Assembly: GCF_030028105.1 (NCBI RefSeq)
Contig: NC_092370.1
Location: forward strand, 236,016,005-236,080,004
Source of the DNA: Mobula birostris
Taxonomy: Eukaryota
DNA length: 64,000 nucleotides
Direction of reading: 5' to 3'
The translations under genes and the position numbers were made by a program. The notes beneath the pieces are model-generated. The model was given only the letters and a program-made list of their open reading frames with translations, did not search any database and was not told the origin of the DNA. Position 1 is the first letter of the stretch. The number at the start of each line of letters is the position of its first letter. Shown here piece after piece: positions 62,414-64,000 of the stretch.

Positions 62414-63307
62414 AATTAGTAAATATATTTTTGTTATAATTTTGTGGTATGTGATCTGCTATTTCTTGCTGACTGATAATTGTGTATGGGCAGTATTCAC
62501 ACAGCATTCACTCAATCGAGGTTTCTTTAATTGGAACATCACAGTGTTCCTGTTAGGTTGAACCTCAAATCATACTGACTGTGGGCGTATATCGTTTATG
62601 AATGGTGGCCTCACCGCTGAGTCATGTGGCTGTTAGCAGAGTTAGCTAATGAGCCTGGTGAGAGGGCTGCAGGTGGATAAGATGAGAGGCAGAGATGGTG
62701 GACAGCCAGAGACTTTCTCCTGGGGCTGAAATGACTAACAGAGGGTATAATTTAAAGGCATTTGAAGGAAAGTAGGATGGGGTTTCAGAGGTAGGATTTT
62801 ACGCAGTGGTTTGTGGGTGAAACGTGCTGCCAGAGATTGTGCCAGAGGCAGATACATTAGAGACTCCATTACTCTTTCAACCTCATGACTTGGGACAAAA
62901 GCCTGGATTAATCTTAGCATAGATTAAAAGTTCAGTGCAACATCTTGGGCTGGAGGGCCTTCCTGTACTTTAATGTTCTATGGTCTCTGTTCTGTGATAG
63001 ACTCGAGGAGCTGTGGAGGCTGTTCTCAATGCTGCAGGGTGTTTGTGCGACCAGTAGAAGATGTGTCCAAGATCATGACTGATTCTAGACTGAGGAAATG
63101 TGGGAGCCTGCCATTGTGCGCACATTCTACAGTTCTTGATATTTGGCCCCATCACAAATGTTTTGTGGTTGGCAAATACTTGCAGTGGTTGTGAGGGGGT
63201 GCAGCTGCTCATTGGTGAGGGTGGTTTGAGGGTTGGGGAGTGTTAGGGGCTGTGCTGGAACCCACTGCCTATGTGTGAGAGAGTGTAGACACCCATCGTC
63301 CGGAACT

Positions 63308-64000
63308 CATTCATTCAGGTGCCTTGCCGTTCGGCGTGCGCGATCTTGTCTCTTCATCCATCGCAGTCCCTAACCCTCCGAATTGTAGTTGATGCCTCTC
63401 CTGTTTCTAACCATGATGTTATTCCATCTTTAATTTTCATTCTCTGCCTCTGCTTTTTCCTTTCAGCTTTCCAGTTGTAACTAAATGTTCAAATGTGTCT
63501 CTTCGCATGTTGTGTCCAAAGAATTTTGATTGCTGTTCTCTGATTTTTTTTTAAGTAATATACGTTTTGTTTTCATTCTCTGTAGAACTTCTTCATTGGT
63601 TATCCTGTCCGTATATGATATGCGTGGCTTTCTTCTGAGGAGCCACGTCTCTGCTGCATTGATTCGTTTTTCCATTGCGTTTGTGATGGTCCATGACTTG
63701 CAGCCGTACATCAATATAGGAAGAACGTAGCAGCTGAGAGTTCTAAGGCAGATGTCAATCACTATTTTCCTGTTCGTTAGGATGTTTCTCATTTCTGTAC
63801 ATGCTGTTCTTGCCATTGCTATTCTTGCTTTTATGTCTCTTTCGCATTTGCCATCAGATGTTACCCATGATCCAAGGTACTTGAAGTTGTGAACTTGTTT
63901 CAGGATTTCATTTGCCAATACAATCCTACAGTTTGGGATATCAGGTTTCTTTGATATTACCATTACTTCAGTTTTCTTTTTGTTTAAGGTTAGGCCAAGT
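63308..64000 (-). mobile_element. RTE-clade LINE 3' part (runs off the window)
   Basis: FKYLGSWVTSDGKCERDIKARIAMAR...CYVLPILMYGCKSWT...ISYTDRITNEEVL. TGAA-repeat tail. Confidence 0.88.

Overview
Repeat-rich vertebrate genomic DNA. The mix of CR1, Rex1/L2, RTE, Penelope-like and CORE-SINE repeats suggests a cartilaginous fish; this is inferred, not shown. Genes: a complete 4-exon ISCA2 on the - strand (179 aa) lies head-to-head with a complete 4-exon NPC2 on the + strand (150 aa), with the ATGs 624 bp apart. Exon 1 of a second, tandem NPC2 paralog follows at 56849, directly behind an array of nine CCAAT boxes spaced 31-32 bp apart. I found no supportable host gene in 1-27500. Most ORF-track entries are transposon debris or antisense noise. 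The main non-genic signals are: (1) a Penelope-like element (PLE) family carrying a minimal type I hammerhead ribozyme motif in about 20 copies, often inserted as fold-back palindromes with 12-14 bp target-site duplications, including in intron 1 of both NPC2 paralogs; (2) an internally deleted HERO-type retrotransposon whose 3' UTR holds the hammerhead core motifs in a permuted, pseudoknotted order; (3) the helically phased CCAAT minisatellite promoter of the NPC2 duplicate. Exon coordinates were read by hand from splice sites and frame. Transposon boundaries are approximate unless a TSD or TIR is quoted. No searches or folding programs were run.
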